A stretch of DNA of 38,152 nucleotides from Candidatus Uhrbacteria bacterium (lineage in GTDB: Bacteria; Patescibacteriota; Patescibacteriia; 2-12-FULL-60-25), in contig WJLP01000096.1 in NCBI GenBank assembly GCA_014728435.1, positions 1 to 38,152 on the forward strand, given 5' to 3'. Below are positions 17,862 to 26,085 of the stretch, one piece after another. A program made the translations under genes and the position numbers. The notes below the pieces were generated by a model, which was not told the DNA's origin, searched no databases, and saw only the letters and a list, made by a program, of their open reading frames with translations. Numbering within the stretch: position 1 is the first letter of the stretch; the number at the start of each line of letters is the position of its first letter.

Positions 17862-18135
17862 AGAGGTTTGAGCCGCGGTATCTCGGTTCAATCCGAGGGA
17901 ACCCGCCGGCACTCCGGGATTCGCCAAAGTAGATCGCTCTCTGGCAACAGCGATCTGCTAAGGCACTGCAAAGGTATGCCGCAGTATGCGGCTCCTTTGT
18001 CCGCAAAAGCGGTGCGGAATCTCCCGGCGCCTGCTGCCAATGGCCCTCTTAACAAGGGGGCTCGCGGGTTCATCCCGCTCTCGTGCGCCCGCGCATACGC
18101 GCTTAATTGCGACACATTGGCAAGCTTAAACCTCT
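17862..18135 (+). ncRNA. Unclassified GC-rich structured RNA of about 275 nt
   Basis: - A 12-bp closing helix, AGAGGTTTGAGC (17862-17873) with GCTTAAACCTCT (18124-18135).
- An 8-bp helix, 18035-18042 with 18115-18122.
- At least six local hairpins.
- Its own promoter and terminator.
- No plausible SD-led ORF. Confidence 0.6.
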
Positions 18136-18143
18136 CTATCTCT

Positions 18144-18175
18144 CCGGTCACAATCGTGGCCGGTTTTTCTTTTTA
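18144..18175 (+). terminator. Intrinsic terminator of the structured RNA
   Basis: ccggtcac-aatc-gtggccgg (8 bp, one G-U) followed by tttttcttttt. Confidence 0.75.
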
Positions 18176-18255
18176 ACTTATTTATATGACTTTCCTGGTT
18201 CAAGAACAGGTTGATTTATTATCTAAAATAAGATAATCTCCACTAACAAGTCCAT

Positions 18256-18304
18256 AGTACTTAGTCCATTGTCCTGGCTTCGATCAGCGCCAGGACTAAG
18301 TACT
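18256..18304 (+). other. Strong hairpin in the lepA upstream region
   Basis: agtacttagtcc pairs with ggactaagtact (12 bp) and tcctggc with gccagga (7 bp), with one 4-nt bulge. It ends 24 nt before the lepA ATG. Confidence 0.5.
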
Positions 18305-18327
18305 CAGGGCTAGGGACTGTTTTGATT

Positions 18328-20130
18328 ATGAATCAAAACCAGATTAGAAATTTCTGCATCATTGCGCACATAGACCACGGTAAATCCACTTTAGCGGACC
18401 GTCTTTTGGAAATTACCGGAACCATCGAGAAGCGCAAAATGAAACAGCAATTATTAGATACCATGGAACTGGAACGCGAGCGCGGCATCACCATCAAACT
18501 CCAACCTGCGCGAATGGACTACAAAGCGACTGACGGAAAAGAATATCAACTCAACCTCATCGACACACCTGGGCACGTGGATTTCACCTACGAAGTCTCG
18601 CGCTCACTTGCGGCAGTCGAAGGTGCGATCCTCCTAGTGGACTCAACTCAAGGTGTGCAGGCGCAAACAATCGCCAATCTCTACCTTGCTCTCGAACAAG
18701 ACCTCGCGATAATCCCTGTCCTTAACAAAACAGATCTTCCCAACTCCGAAGTCGAGCGCCGAGCCGAAGAACTCATGAAGCTCATTGGTTGTAAGCGTGA
18801 AGAAATCTTGGCCGTTTCTGCCAAAACCGGAGTCGGTGTCAGCACGATCCTTGAGAAAGTCGTTACAGAAGTTCCGCCACCCAAAGGAGATGGTCAAAAA
18901 CCCTTCCGAGCCATGATTTTTGACTCCAAGTATGATGAATACAAAGGGGTAGTCGCCTATGTTCGCATGGTTGACGGTGAATTGAACAAGAATGATGCGA
19001 TAAACTTTTTAGCAACCGGCCACTCCGGGGAAGCACTTGAAGTTGGTTGCTTAAAACCAAATTACTCATCACTTGAATCACTGCAAACAGGGGAGATAGG
19101 CTACATTGTCACCGGCTTAAAAGATATCGAAGCTGTCCGCGTTGGCGATACCGTTACACTAAAGGGGGATTCGAAAGTCGAGTCATTGCCGGGTTATAAA
19201 GAAGTGCGCCCCATGGTTTATGCGGGCATTTTTCCATCAGAAGGAAACGAATACGAACACTTGCGTGAAGCTCTGCTCAAACTAAAACTTTCCGACGCAT
19301 CACTCCAGTTCGATCCCGAGCACTCGGCCGCTTTGGGCTTTGGTTTTCGCTGTGGCTTTCTAGGTATCTTGCATCTGGAAATACTCAAAGAACGCTTGGA
19401 GCGCGAACACAACATGGAGATTGTTACCACAACTCCGTCTGTTGCATACGAGGTTACGCTTACAAACGGTGAAGCCAAAGTAATCAAGTCTCCACTGGAA
19501 TTCCCTGACGCTTCCCGCCTTGGCGAGGCCCGCGAACCTTGGGTCACGGTCGACATCGTCACTCCGGCTGAATACTTGGGTGCCATAATGTCGCTCGTTC
19601 AAGACCGTCGCGGAGTTTATAAAAATACTGAATATTTCGAAGAAACCCGCGCTGTCCTTCATTATGAAATGCCTCTCTCGTCCGTTATTGTGGATTTCCA
19701 CGACAAGCTGAAGAGTTCAACTGCCGGTTACGCATCGCTCAGCTATGAACTTCTTGAATACCGCCCCGGCAAGATCATGCGCATGGACATTTTGGTTGCC
19801 GAGGAACAAGTGCCCGCGCTCGCGACTCTTATCCACGAATCCGAAGCTTATCGCCACGGCCGCTATGTGGTTGAAACCTTAAAAGAGACATTGCCGCGCC
19901 AGATGTTTGTTGTTAAAATCCAAGCGGCCATCGGCTCAAAAATCATCGCCTCCGAGAGGCTGTCGGCTTATCGCAAAGACGTGCTCGCCAAACTATACGG
20001 CGGCGACCGCACTCGCAAAGATAAGCTCTTAAAGAAACAGAAAAAAGGCAAAGAACGCATGATGAGTCAAGGCAAGGGCAGAGTCGAAATCCCATCGGAA
20101 ACATTTATAAAAGTTTTAAGACGCAATTAA
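18328..20130 (+). CDS. lepA: Elongation factor 4 (LepA)
   Basis: IIAHIDHGKSTLADR, DTPGHVDF and NKTD, plus the LepA-specific C-terminus (KLYGGDRTRKDKLLKKQKKGKERM). Start at ATG 18328. Confidence 0.95.
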   Translation: MNQNQIRNFCIIAHIDHGKSTLADRLLEITGTIEKRKMKQQLLDTMELERERGITIKLQPARMDYKATDGKEYQLNLIDTPGHVDFTYEVSRSLAAVEGAILLVDSTQGVQAQTIANLYLALEQDLAIIPVLNKTDLPNSEVERRAEELMKLIGCKREEILAVSAKTGVGVSTILEKVVTEVPPPKGDGQKPFRAMIFDSKYDEYKGVVAYVRMVDGELNKNDAINFLATGHSGEALEVGCLKPNYSSLESLQTGEIGYIVTGLKDIEAVRVGDTVTLKGDSKVESLPGYKEVRPMVYAGIFPSEGNEYEHLREALLKLKLSDASLQFDPEHSAALGFGFRCGFLGILHLEILKERLEREHNMEIVTTTPSVAYEVTLTNGEAKVIKSPLEFPDASRLGEAREPWVTVDIVTPAEYLGAIMSLVQDRRGVYKNTEYFEETRAVLHYEMPLSSVIVDFHDKLKSSTAGYASLSYELLEYRPGKIMRMDILVAEEQVPALATLIHESEAYRHGRYVVETLKETLPRQMFVVKIQAAIGSKIIASERLSAYRKDVLAKLYGGDRTRKDKLLKKQKKGKERMMSQGKGRVEIPSETFIKVLRRN

Positions 20131-20133
20131 CAG

Positions 20134-20224
20134 TACGAATTACGAATCTGTTCGCTCAGCATACATTTTATCCCTTGGGATAAAATGTAAACCATTCGTA
20201 ATTCGCGCAGATTCGTAATTCGTA
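20134..20224. repeat. Nested perfect hairpins after lepA (probable terminator), built from tacgaat k-mers
   Basis: - Outer 17-bp perfect inverted repeat, tacgaattacgaatctg (20134-20150) with cagattcgtaattcgta (20208-20224).
- Inner 12-bp perfect inverted repeat, 20163-20174 with 20178-20189.
- attcgtaattcg also occurs as a direct repeat (20194 and 20211). Confidence 0.6.
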
Positions 20225-20226
20225 AT

Positions 20227-20325
20227 ATGAAGCCTAAAACCTGGAAAAAAATTAAAAAAGCATTTGTTACGGTAGTTATCACTTTTATGATAATCGCGCT
20301 TGTCGCGCCGATAATGTTTTTCTAA
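20227..20325 (+). CDS. Possible 32-aa membrane peptide (MKPKTWKKIKKAFVTVVITFMIIALVAPIMFF)
   Basis: My own translation. It has a basic N-terminus and one hydrophobic helix, and there is no SD. Confidence 0.25.
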   Translation: MKPKTWKKIKKAFVTVVITFMIIALVAPIMFF

Positions 20326-20512
20326 ACAGTCCACAAAGCACAACCTCCTAAATCCTCGTTATGAGGATGACTTGATTAATTAGTTTTACAGCCCCCAACC
20401 CGCCCGCCAATGGCAGGCGGGTGAGACAAAGCTTAGCTTAGCTTTGGATGTGGGGTTGTATATGTTATGTCCACAGGCAATTAATTGTCCGGCGTGATAG
20501 GGTGAATTTGCT

Positions 20513-22330
20513 ATGCAGAAGCACTGGCAAATTATTGATGTACCTCAAAATAACGATGCAGATCCTGAAATTGAAAACCTTCACCCCGTAGCGCAAAGAA
20601 TGCTAAAAAGACGGGGGATAATCGCACCCGAAGAGATCGATCGATTTTTGAATCCAAGCTGGGAGCGTGATATTCACGACCCGTTTTTATTTACCCAAAT
20701 GCGGGCGTGCGTGGAGCGGATTTTTAATGCCATCGATCGCGCCGAACACATTGTTATCCATGGTGATTATGACGCGGACGGAGTTACCGGCTCGGTCGTG
20801 CTCGCCTCCACCATCCAGATGCTCGCGAGCTCTTTATCGAACGAGGAACAACCATCAACCGATGACGATTCCGCTGTCGACGAGTCTACAAAGTTCCTTA
20901 ATGTTATTCCCATCTCCGACACCTCCATCTCGCTTGATATCTACATTCCGCACCGCGAACGTGAAGGCTATGGCTTAAACCCGCAAACCGTTGACCGCAT
21001 TATCGAACGCGGCGCGCATTTGCTCATCACCGTGGATTGCGGTATTGCCAACGCTGTCGAAATCGCGAAGCTTAAAGAGAACGATATCGACACCATCATC
21101 GTTGATCACCATCAGTTCGGCGACAAAATCCCGGAAGGCATTTGCATCCACCCGAGCGTGCCCAACGAATCCTACCCGTACAAAACACTGGCCGCGGTCG
21201 GTGTAGCCTGGAAGGTGGCGCACGCTTTGGTTATCGAAGCTCAAAAGCGCGGCATCAACATCCCGCCGGGCTGGGAAAAGTGGCTTTTGGACTTGGTTTC
21301 CATTGCCACGGTTACGGATATCGTGCCTCTTACCGGCGAAAACCGTGCTCTCGAAGTATACGGTCTTAAAGTTTTAAACAAACTCCGCCGCCCCGGCTTT
21401 AAGGCGCTGGTAAACATCGCCAACTGGAAAAAAGGCGAGTTAAACTCCGAATCGGTCGGCTTTGTCATCGGCCCGCGAATCAACGCGGCCGGCCGCATGG
21501 AACACGCTTTTTTGGCGGTCGATCTCCTGCTTGAACAAAACCATGAACGCAGTGCTCTAAAAGCATCCAAGCTGGAAGCTGTTAACAAAGCCCGCCAAAA
21601 AGCCACGGAAAATCTCATGAAAGAGGCCGAGCATTTTACCAAGACTCAAGATCAATACTCGCTTATCTTCGCCTGGTCCGAAGCTTGGTCGCCGTCACTG
21701 GTCGGCCTCGCCGCCGGGCGCTATACCGACAAATTCGGCAAGCCCGCAATCTTTGTAGGTAAACACGACGGAGTCTGGATTGGTTCCGGCAGGTCGATAC
21801 CCGGCTACAACATCACGGAAGCTGTCCGCAAAGCGGGAGAGAATCTGCTTACACGTTACGGCGGGCATGCTCAAGCCTGCGGTTTCAGCTTGGATTGCGA
21901 CGAAAATGTTAAACTCTTTGCCGAAGCCATGCGAGCGCACGCGGCCAAGGCTTTGCCCTTGGAAAAGCTCAAACCCATTTTACAGATCGAAACTCAAATC
22001 AAGCTCGCAGATTTAACCATGGGCTTTCTCGACACGTTAAATCGTTTCGAGCCTTTCGGTGAAGCCAACCCCAAGCCCCTGTTCATGACATCCGGTCTCA
22101 CGGTAGCTGACGCGTCCTTGGTCGGCGCCGGCCAAAATCACGTGCGCGCGCGGCTCACCGACGAATCCGGCATGCAACAAAAATTTATCGGTTTTTACAA
22201 AGCCGACCTCAAAGACATCTTTACCCCGGGCAACAAAGTCGACGTAGTTTACGAAATCAGTAAAACCGAATGGAACGGCCGCGCCGAAATCCAATGCAAA
22301 CTGATTGATGCAAGAACATCAATAAATTAA
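20513..22330 (+). CDS. recJ: Single-stranded-DNA-specific exonuclease RecJ
   Basis: DHH motifs (HGDYDADGVTG, ITVDCG, VDHHQ) and the DHHA1 motif (YGGHAQACGF). Confidence 0.92.
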   Translation: MQKHWQIIDVPQNNDADPEIENLHPVAQRMLKRRGIIAPEEIDRFLNPSWERDIHDPFLFTQMRACVERIFNAIDRAEHIVIHGDYDADGVTGSVVLASTIQMLASSLSNEEQPSTDDDSAVDESTKFLNVIPISDTSISLDIYIPHREREGYGLNPQTVDRIIERGAHLLITVDCGIANAVEIAKLKENDIDTIIVDHHQFGDKIPEGICIHPSVPNESYPYKTLAAVGVAWKVAHALVIEAQKRGINIPPGWEKWLLDLVSIATVTDIVPLTGENRALEVYGLKVLNKLRRPGFKALVNIANWKKGELNSESVGFVIGPRINAAGRMEHAFLAVDLLLEQNHERSALKASKLEAVNKARQKATENLMKEAEHFTKTQDQYSLIFAWSEAWSPSLVGLAAGRYTDKFGKPAIFVGKHDGVWIGSGRSIPGYNITEAVRKAGENLLTRYGGHAQACGFSLDCDENVKLFAEAMRAHAAKALPLEKLKPILQIETQIKLADLTMGFLDTLNRFEPFGEANPKPLFMTSGLTVADASLVGAGQNHVRARLTDESGMQQKFIGFYKADLKDIFTPGNKVDVVYEISKTEWNGRAEIQCKLIDARTSIN

Positions 22331-22410
22331 CAAATAACAAATAACAAAGCGGGCGGATGGGATTGACTTTATTATTTATTAATTATTATTTAATATTTTT
22401 GCGAAGCGAT

Positions 22411-22824
22411 ATGAATCTCCAAATCTACACAGACGGCGGGGCTCGCGGTAATCCGGGGCCGGCCGGCATCGGCGTAGTCATAGTGGACAAAGCTACAGGT
22501 GATATTGTCGATGAAATTTCCAAGTATTTGGGAGAAACCACCAACAATCAAGCCGAATACCAAGCCGCGATCGCCGGCCTGGCGCGCGCGCTCGAATTGG
22601 ACGCTCAATCCACGGAACTAATTTCCGATTCCGAGCTCCTAATCCGCCAATGCCGCGGCCAATATAAAGTCAAAAACCAAGACATTGCCAAGCGCTTTTT
22701 AGAGCTGAAAAACCTGGAAACTCAACTCGGCGGCCGTGTAGAATACCGCCACGTCAAACGCGAACTCAACAAACAGGCGGATGCTCTGGCAAATAAAGCG
22801 ATGGATGCTAAAAATAACCAATAA
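22411..22824 (+). CDS. rnhA: Ribonuclease HI
   Basis: IYTDGGARGNPGPAGIG, NNQAEY, SDSELL and NKQADALAN supply the DEDD residues. Start at ATG 22411 rather than 22357, which lies in AT-rich spacer. Confidence 0.88.
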   Translation: MNLQIYTDGGARGNPGPAGIGVVIVDKATGDIVDEISKYLGETTNNQAEYQAAIAGLARALELDAQSTELISDSELLIRQCRGQYKVKNQDIAKRFLELKNLETQLGGRVEYRHVKRELNKQADALANKAMDAKNNQ

Positions 22825-22825
22825 C

Positions 22826-22855
22826 CTCCGCCAAAGGCGGATGCGCCTATGGCGC
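22826..22855 (+). other. Two short GC hairpins (tccgcc-aaa-ggcgga and gcgcc-tat-ggcgc); possible terminator or repeat element
   Basis: Read directly. The first shares the ccgcc-NNN-ggcgg core with 6979-6993. Confidence 0.4.
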
Positions 22856-22860
22856 AAAGC

Positions 22861-22960
22861 TCCAATCATCAATAAATAACCAATATCCAAAAAAATAACA
22901 ATAATCAAATTGGTTTCTTGTATCTATTGGTTATTGTTTTGTTAATGATTGGTTATTCAG
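22861..22960. repeat. Low-complexity imperfect inverted repeat of aataaccaat/attggttatt k-mers
   Basis: Same k-mer family as at 2749-2862 and 31751-31775. Confidence 0.4.
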
Positions 22961-23008
22961 GTATTGAGTCATCCACAGTTTAGATGATGCCGCTTGTGGC
23001 GGTTTTTG

Positions 23009-23017
23009 TGGTATAAT
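23009..23017 (+). promoter_or_regulatory. Extended -10 (TGgTATAAT) 8 nt upstream of ATG 23026
   Basis: tggtataat followed by ttagccaa and then ATG. Confidence 0.5.
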
Positions 23018-23025
23018 TTAGCCAA

Positions 23026-25005
23026 ATGCCCCAGAGGAAAAATAAACGCAAAATAGCGAAAAATCGCAAGGCGCTTTATGATTACATGACACCCGCTTTT
23101 TGGCGCGCGCATTTTATTTTCCCGGCTGCCATTTTTTTCCTCTCCTTGGGCATAGCTTTGGGAATAGCTCATAACTCAACTTTTAAAGCAAGTCCCACTT
23201 TAGCCACTTCCGCGGATAATATTATTGGCTGGGCCTGGTCATCACACGTGGGCTGGTTCTCTCTAAACGACACGAATGCCGGAGCATGCGGAACACCTCC
23301 ATGCGGAACCTACGGAATTCACATCGACCCTAACACGACTACGCAACCGCACTGGGATCCGTCTCAACCTCCCGGATCAACCACCGACGGACATGGAATC
23401 AACGGCTTTGTTTGGTCCGATAATGTCGGCTTTGTTTGTTTTGGCGACTCATGCAACATTCCCGCTTGCACGGGCTCTTTCTATCCGGATCCGCCGGGGA
23501 ACGAATTCTATGCATATGCCGAGCCTATAGCAGGCACGAACACTGTTGAAGTCCACGGATGGGCTGTTATTTGCAATCAAAAAGACGGTGGTTGGATCTC
23601 GCTAAACTGCAACGATCTTGGCGCCTGTGATGGTTCAGCCGGTTCAACTTATTACCGCTTAACATATAACCCTGTTACGCAAGAATTCCATGATGCCGGT
23701 GTCCAAGGCTCGCCCTTTGGTTGGAATGGAAACACCGATGGCTCGGGCATCGGCTATATCAACTTTTTTGCCAGTTCTTTGGGCATGACTCTTAACGAAG
23801 ATCCAGAAGATGATTATCCCGAATGCCACGATGGAAATGATAACGATTTAAACGGGCTGGCCGATTGTTCTGATCCTGCCTGCGGAGCCGTATGTACCGA
23901 GATTTGCGATAACGGATTAGACGACGACGGCGACGGTGATATCGATTGCGCGGATTCTGACTGTGCTTGCACCGAGTCCATCTGCGACGACGGCATAGAT
24001 AACGATATAGACGGCGATATAGACTGTGCTGATTCTGATTGCGCCGCCGACCCGGCTTGCGTGCCTCCACAGCATCAGTGTCTTGATTTCGCCGGAGATC
24101 CCGACCAAGCCAACCTCTGCTGTAACGACCAAGATCCCAATGGCACCGCCTTTGTTGATTGCTTTGATCCGGATTGTCGCAATAATGCATCTGTTTGCGC
24201 GGCTTGGTTGCAGGTTTCAACCGGCAATATCTATGCCTTTCAAGGTATCGTTGGCACCACGCCGTCGGCTGAAACCGGTCTAACCAATACAAAATGGTGC
24301 CTCCGCTCGGATCAAAGTATAGAATGGACCTCATCAGAATCCTGCAAGCAAGAAGGAGTGGGGGAGATCGCTCTGCCTTCGCAAGAAACGCTGTACCGCA
24401 ATAAACTCGGCTTCCTCGATCTGGCCGGAATGCGCGTAAATAACCGTTACGCTCAGGTGATTCCCATCGCCGGCGCCACGGCCATACCCGATACGCTAAA
24501 TGGCGCCATCTACCACTACACGGGTGGAGGAGAGCTTGCCTTGCCCGCTAAAACTTTCCAAAACGGCACCGGCGCAACCGGTAACGGCGCAGGCCTTCTC
24601 CTTATCGACGGAGCTGATCTGCGCATCACCGGCGATATTTCCTACACAGCCAATCCTGTTCAAGACCGCCTTAAAAATCTTGCCTCATTCGGCGTAGTGG
24701 TTGTAAAAGACTCATTTGGTGCCGGTGGCAACATCAGAATCGATCCCGGCGTTGAGCTCGTAAGCGGCGTCTATTTTGCGGAAAGTGATATTTACACAGG
24801 AACATCAGCCCCTCCACCGGATTCTTATCTCGACATGGTCGGCATTTTCATTGCCAACCAGTTCAATTTGGAACGCGATAACAATACCGATCCAACCCGA
24901 CCGGCCGAACGTATTCTTTTTGACGGCCGCGCGGTCGTAAATCCTCCACCGGGCCTGTCCGACATCAGCAAATCTTTGCCTCGATCAACTCAAGTATCAT
25001 TCTAA
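23026..25005 (+). CDS. Membrane-anchored 659-aa repeat protein; first gene of the pilus operon
   Basis: - TM segment at aa 27-49.
- Four Trp-repeats: GWAWSSHVGWFSLN, GFVWSDNVGFVCFG, HGWAVICNQKDGGWISLN and GWNGNTDGSGIGYINF.
- Cys/Asp modules: CHDGNDNDLNGLADCSDPAC, CDNGLDDDGDGDIDCADSDC and CDDGIDNDIDGDIDCADSDC.
- A Gly/beta-rich C-terminal domain. Confidence 0.8.
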   Translation: MPQRKNKRKIAKNRKALYDYMTPAFWRAHFIFPAAIFFLSLGIALGIAHNSTFKASPTLATSADNIIGWAWSSHVGWFSLNDTNAGACGTPPCGTYGIHIDPNTTTQPHWDPSQPPGSTTDGHGINGFVWSDNVGFVCFGDSCNIPACTGSFYPDPPGNEFYAYAEPIAGTNTVEVHGWAVICNQKDGGWISLNCNDLGACDGSAGSTYYRLTYNPVTQEFHDAGVQGSPFGWNGNTDGSGIGYINFFASSLGMTLNEDPEDDYPECHDGNDNDLNGLADCSDPACGAVCTEICDNGLDDDGDGDIDCADSDCACTESICDDGIDNDIDGDIDCADSDCAADPACVPPQHQCLDFAGDPDQANLCCNDQDPNGTAFVDCFDPDCRNNASVCAAWLQVSTGNIYAFQGIVGTTPSAETGLTNTKWCLRSDQSIEWTSSESCKQEGVGEIALPSQETLYRNKLGFLDLAGMRVNNRYAQVIPIAGATAIPDTLNGAIYHYTGGGELALPAKTFQNGTGATGNGAGLLLIDGADLRITGDISYTANPVQDRLKNLASFGVVVVKDSFGAGGNIRIDPGVELVSGVYFAESDIYTGTSAPPPDSYLDMVGIFIANQFNLERDNNTDPTRPAERILFDGRAVVNPPPGLSDISKSLPRSTQVSF

Positions 25006-25009
25006 AAAT

Positions 25010-26083
25010 ATGGGATTATTTTCTAAAAAAACCACCAGCAACTTCATCGGCCTCGATTTGGGCCTCTCCGGCTTAAAGCTGGTCGAGTTGGCTAATGACG
25101 GCGGGCACGCCCGTCTGGTCACTTACGCCTACGTAGACCGCCCGATAGAAAGCTTTGATGCCATGTTCGGCGAACATCTGGAAGAAACGGCTCAGCTTAT
25201 CAAAGACATGATTGCCGAGTCCAAGGCCACCACCAAAAACACCATCGCGGCAGTACCTGTCTCATCCATTTTTACCTCCATTATCTCGGTACCCGCCAAC
25301 AATGACAAAGAACTTAAAGAATCTATTGCGCTCCAAGCTAAAAAGCTCATCCCGGTTCCGCTCGACGAAATCCAGCTGGACAGCAAAGTCATTGAAGGCG
25401 CTTTCAAAACCGAGGGCAAGAAAAAAGTCTCTCGAGTGCTGTTAACCGGCGCGCCAAAGTCGCTGGTAAATCGCTATATCGACTTGTTAAACAAACGCTG
25501 CGGCCTTAACCTGATCTCGCTCGAAACCGAAACTTTCGCGCAAATCCGCGCTCTTATCGGCAAAGACCGCTCCAGTATCATGGTTATAGACATCGGCTTT
25601 CACCGAACTAACATATCGGTCGTGGACAAAGGCGTACCATTTTTAAACCGCTCCATTGCCGTGGGCGGCGATGGCATTACGCAAACCATCTCGCAGATGC
25701 TCGGCATCCCATACCAGCAATCGGAAACAATGAAGCGGGATATTCGCTCCATGGCGTCATTCGCGCCCTCCGGCGACCTCACACCCATGCTCGAAAGCTT
25801 AATGGAACCCATCCTAAACGAAATCCGCTACTCATTTTCGCTCTATCAAGGCCAGGGCGATGCCGGAGAACAAAGGCGGATAGATAAAATCATCCTAACC
25901 GGAGGCTCGGCCTTATTACCCAATTTAACCGATTTTCTCACACAGCAGATGAATGTAAACGCCTATCTTGGCGACCCTTGGGCGCGCGTTGTTTATCCAC
26001 TGGATCTGCGTCCCATTTTAGATGAAATCGGATCCAGGTTCGGCGTGGCACTTGGCTGCGCCATGCGTGATATAACTGATTAA
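25010..26083 (+). CDS. pilM: Type IV pilus assembly protein PilM (actin-like ATPase fold)
   Basis: IGLDLGLSGLKLVEL near the N-terminus, and DIGFHRTNISVV and ILTGGSALLPNL, typical of PilM/FtsA-like proteins. Confidence 0.88.
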   Translation: MGLFSKKTTSNFIGLDLGLSGLKLVELANDGGHARLVTYAYVDRPIESFDAMFGEHLEETAQLIKDMIAESKATTKNTIAAVPVSSIFTSIISVPANNDKELKESIALQAKKLIPVPLDEIQLDSKVIEGAFKTEGKKKVSRVLLTGAPKSLVNRYIDLLNKRCGLNLISLETETFAQIRALIGKDRSSIMVIDIGFHRTNISVVDKGVPFLNRSIAVGGDGITQTISQMLGIPYQQSETMKRDIRSMASFAPSGDLTPMLESLMEPILNEIRYSFSLYQGQGDAGEQRRIDKIILTGGSALLPNLTDFLTQQMNVNAYLGDPWARVVYPLDLRPILDEIGSRFGVALGCAMRDITD

Positions 26084-26085
26084 TT

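Noticed and set aside
17862-18135. Assigning the structured RNA to RNase P RNA, tmRNA, SRP RNA, 6S RNA, or a cobalamin or c-di-AMP riboswitch.
   Set aside because: - RNase P: only loose resemblances were seen. GAGGGAACCCGCCGG stands where RNase P has GAGGAAAGUCCGG. GGUGCGGAAUC has only a loose counterpart in RNase P J11/12.
- tmRNA: the GGUUCAAUCC loop is only a loose T-loop resemblance, and there is no ACCA end.
- SRP: there is no GGAA/AGCA helix 8.
- Cobalamin riboswitch: there is no B12 box.
- 6S RNA: the length is wrong.

I cannot support any of these by eye, so the class is left open pending cmscan.
17731-18176. ORF-track reading frames on both strands across the structured-RNA region (17731-18006 minus, 17868-18176 plus, 17888-18151 minus).
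   Set aside because: None has a Shine-Dalgarno or a credible start context, and they are mutually overlapping on opposite strands. The translations are low-complexity and Arg/Ala/Gly/Pro-rich, as expected from GC-rich structured DNA. Promoter, closing helix and terminator explain the segment better as RNA.
20140-20343. A 67-aa minus-strand ORF after lepA.
   Set aside because: It runs straight through the nested perfect hairpins (20134-20224) and has no SD. The region is better explained as a terminator or repeat plus, at most, a tiny plus-strand peptide.
23792-24334. A 180-aa Arg-rich antisense ORF, with others at 23814-23996 and 23917-24132, opposite the Cys/Asp-repeat region.
   Set aside because: These are antisense frames of GAY/TGY-rich repeats, which stay open by composition. 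They have no start context. The sense strand encodes a coherent repeat protein in an operon.
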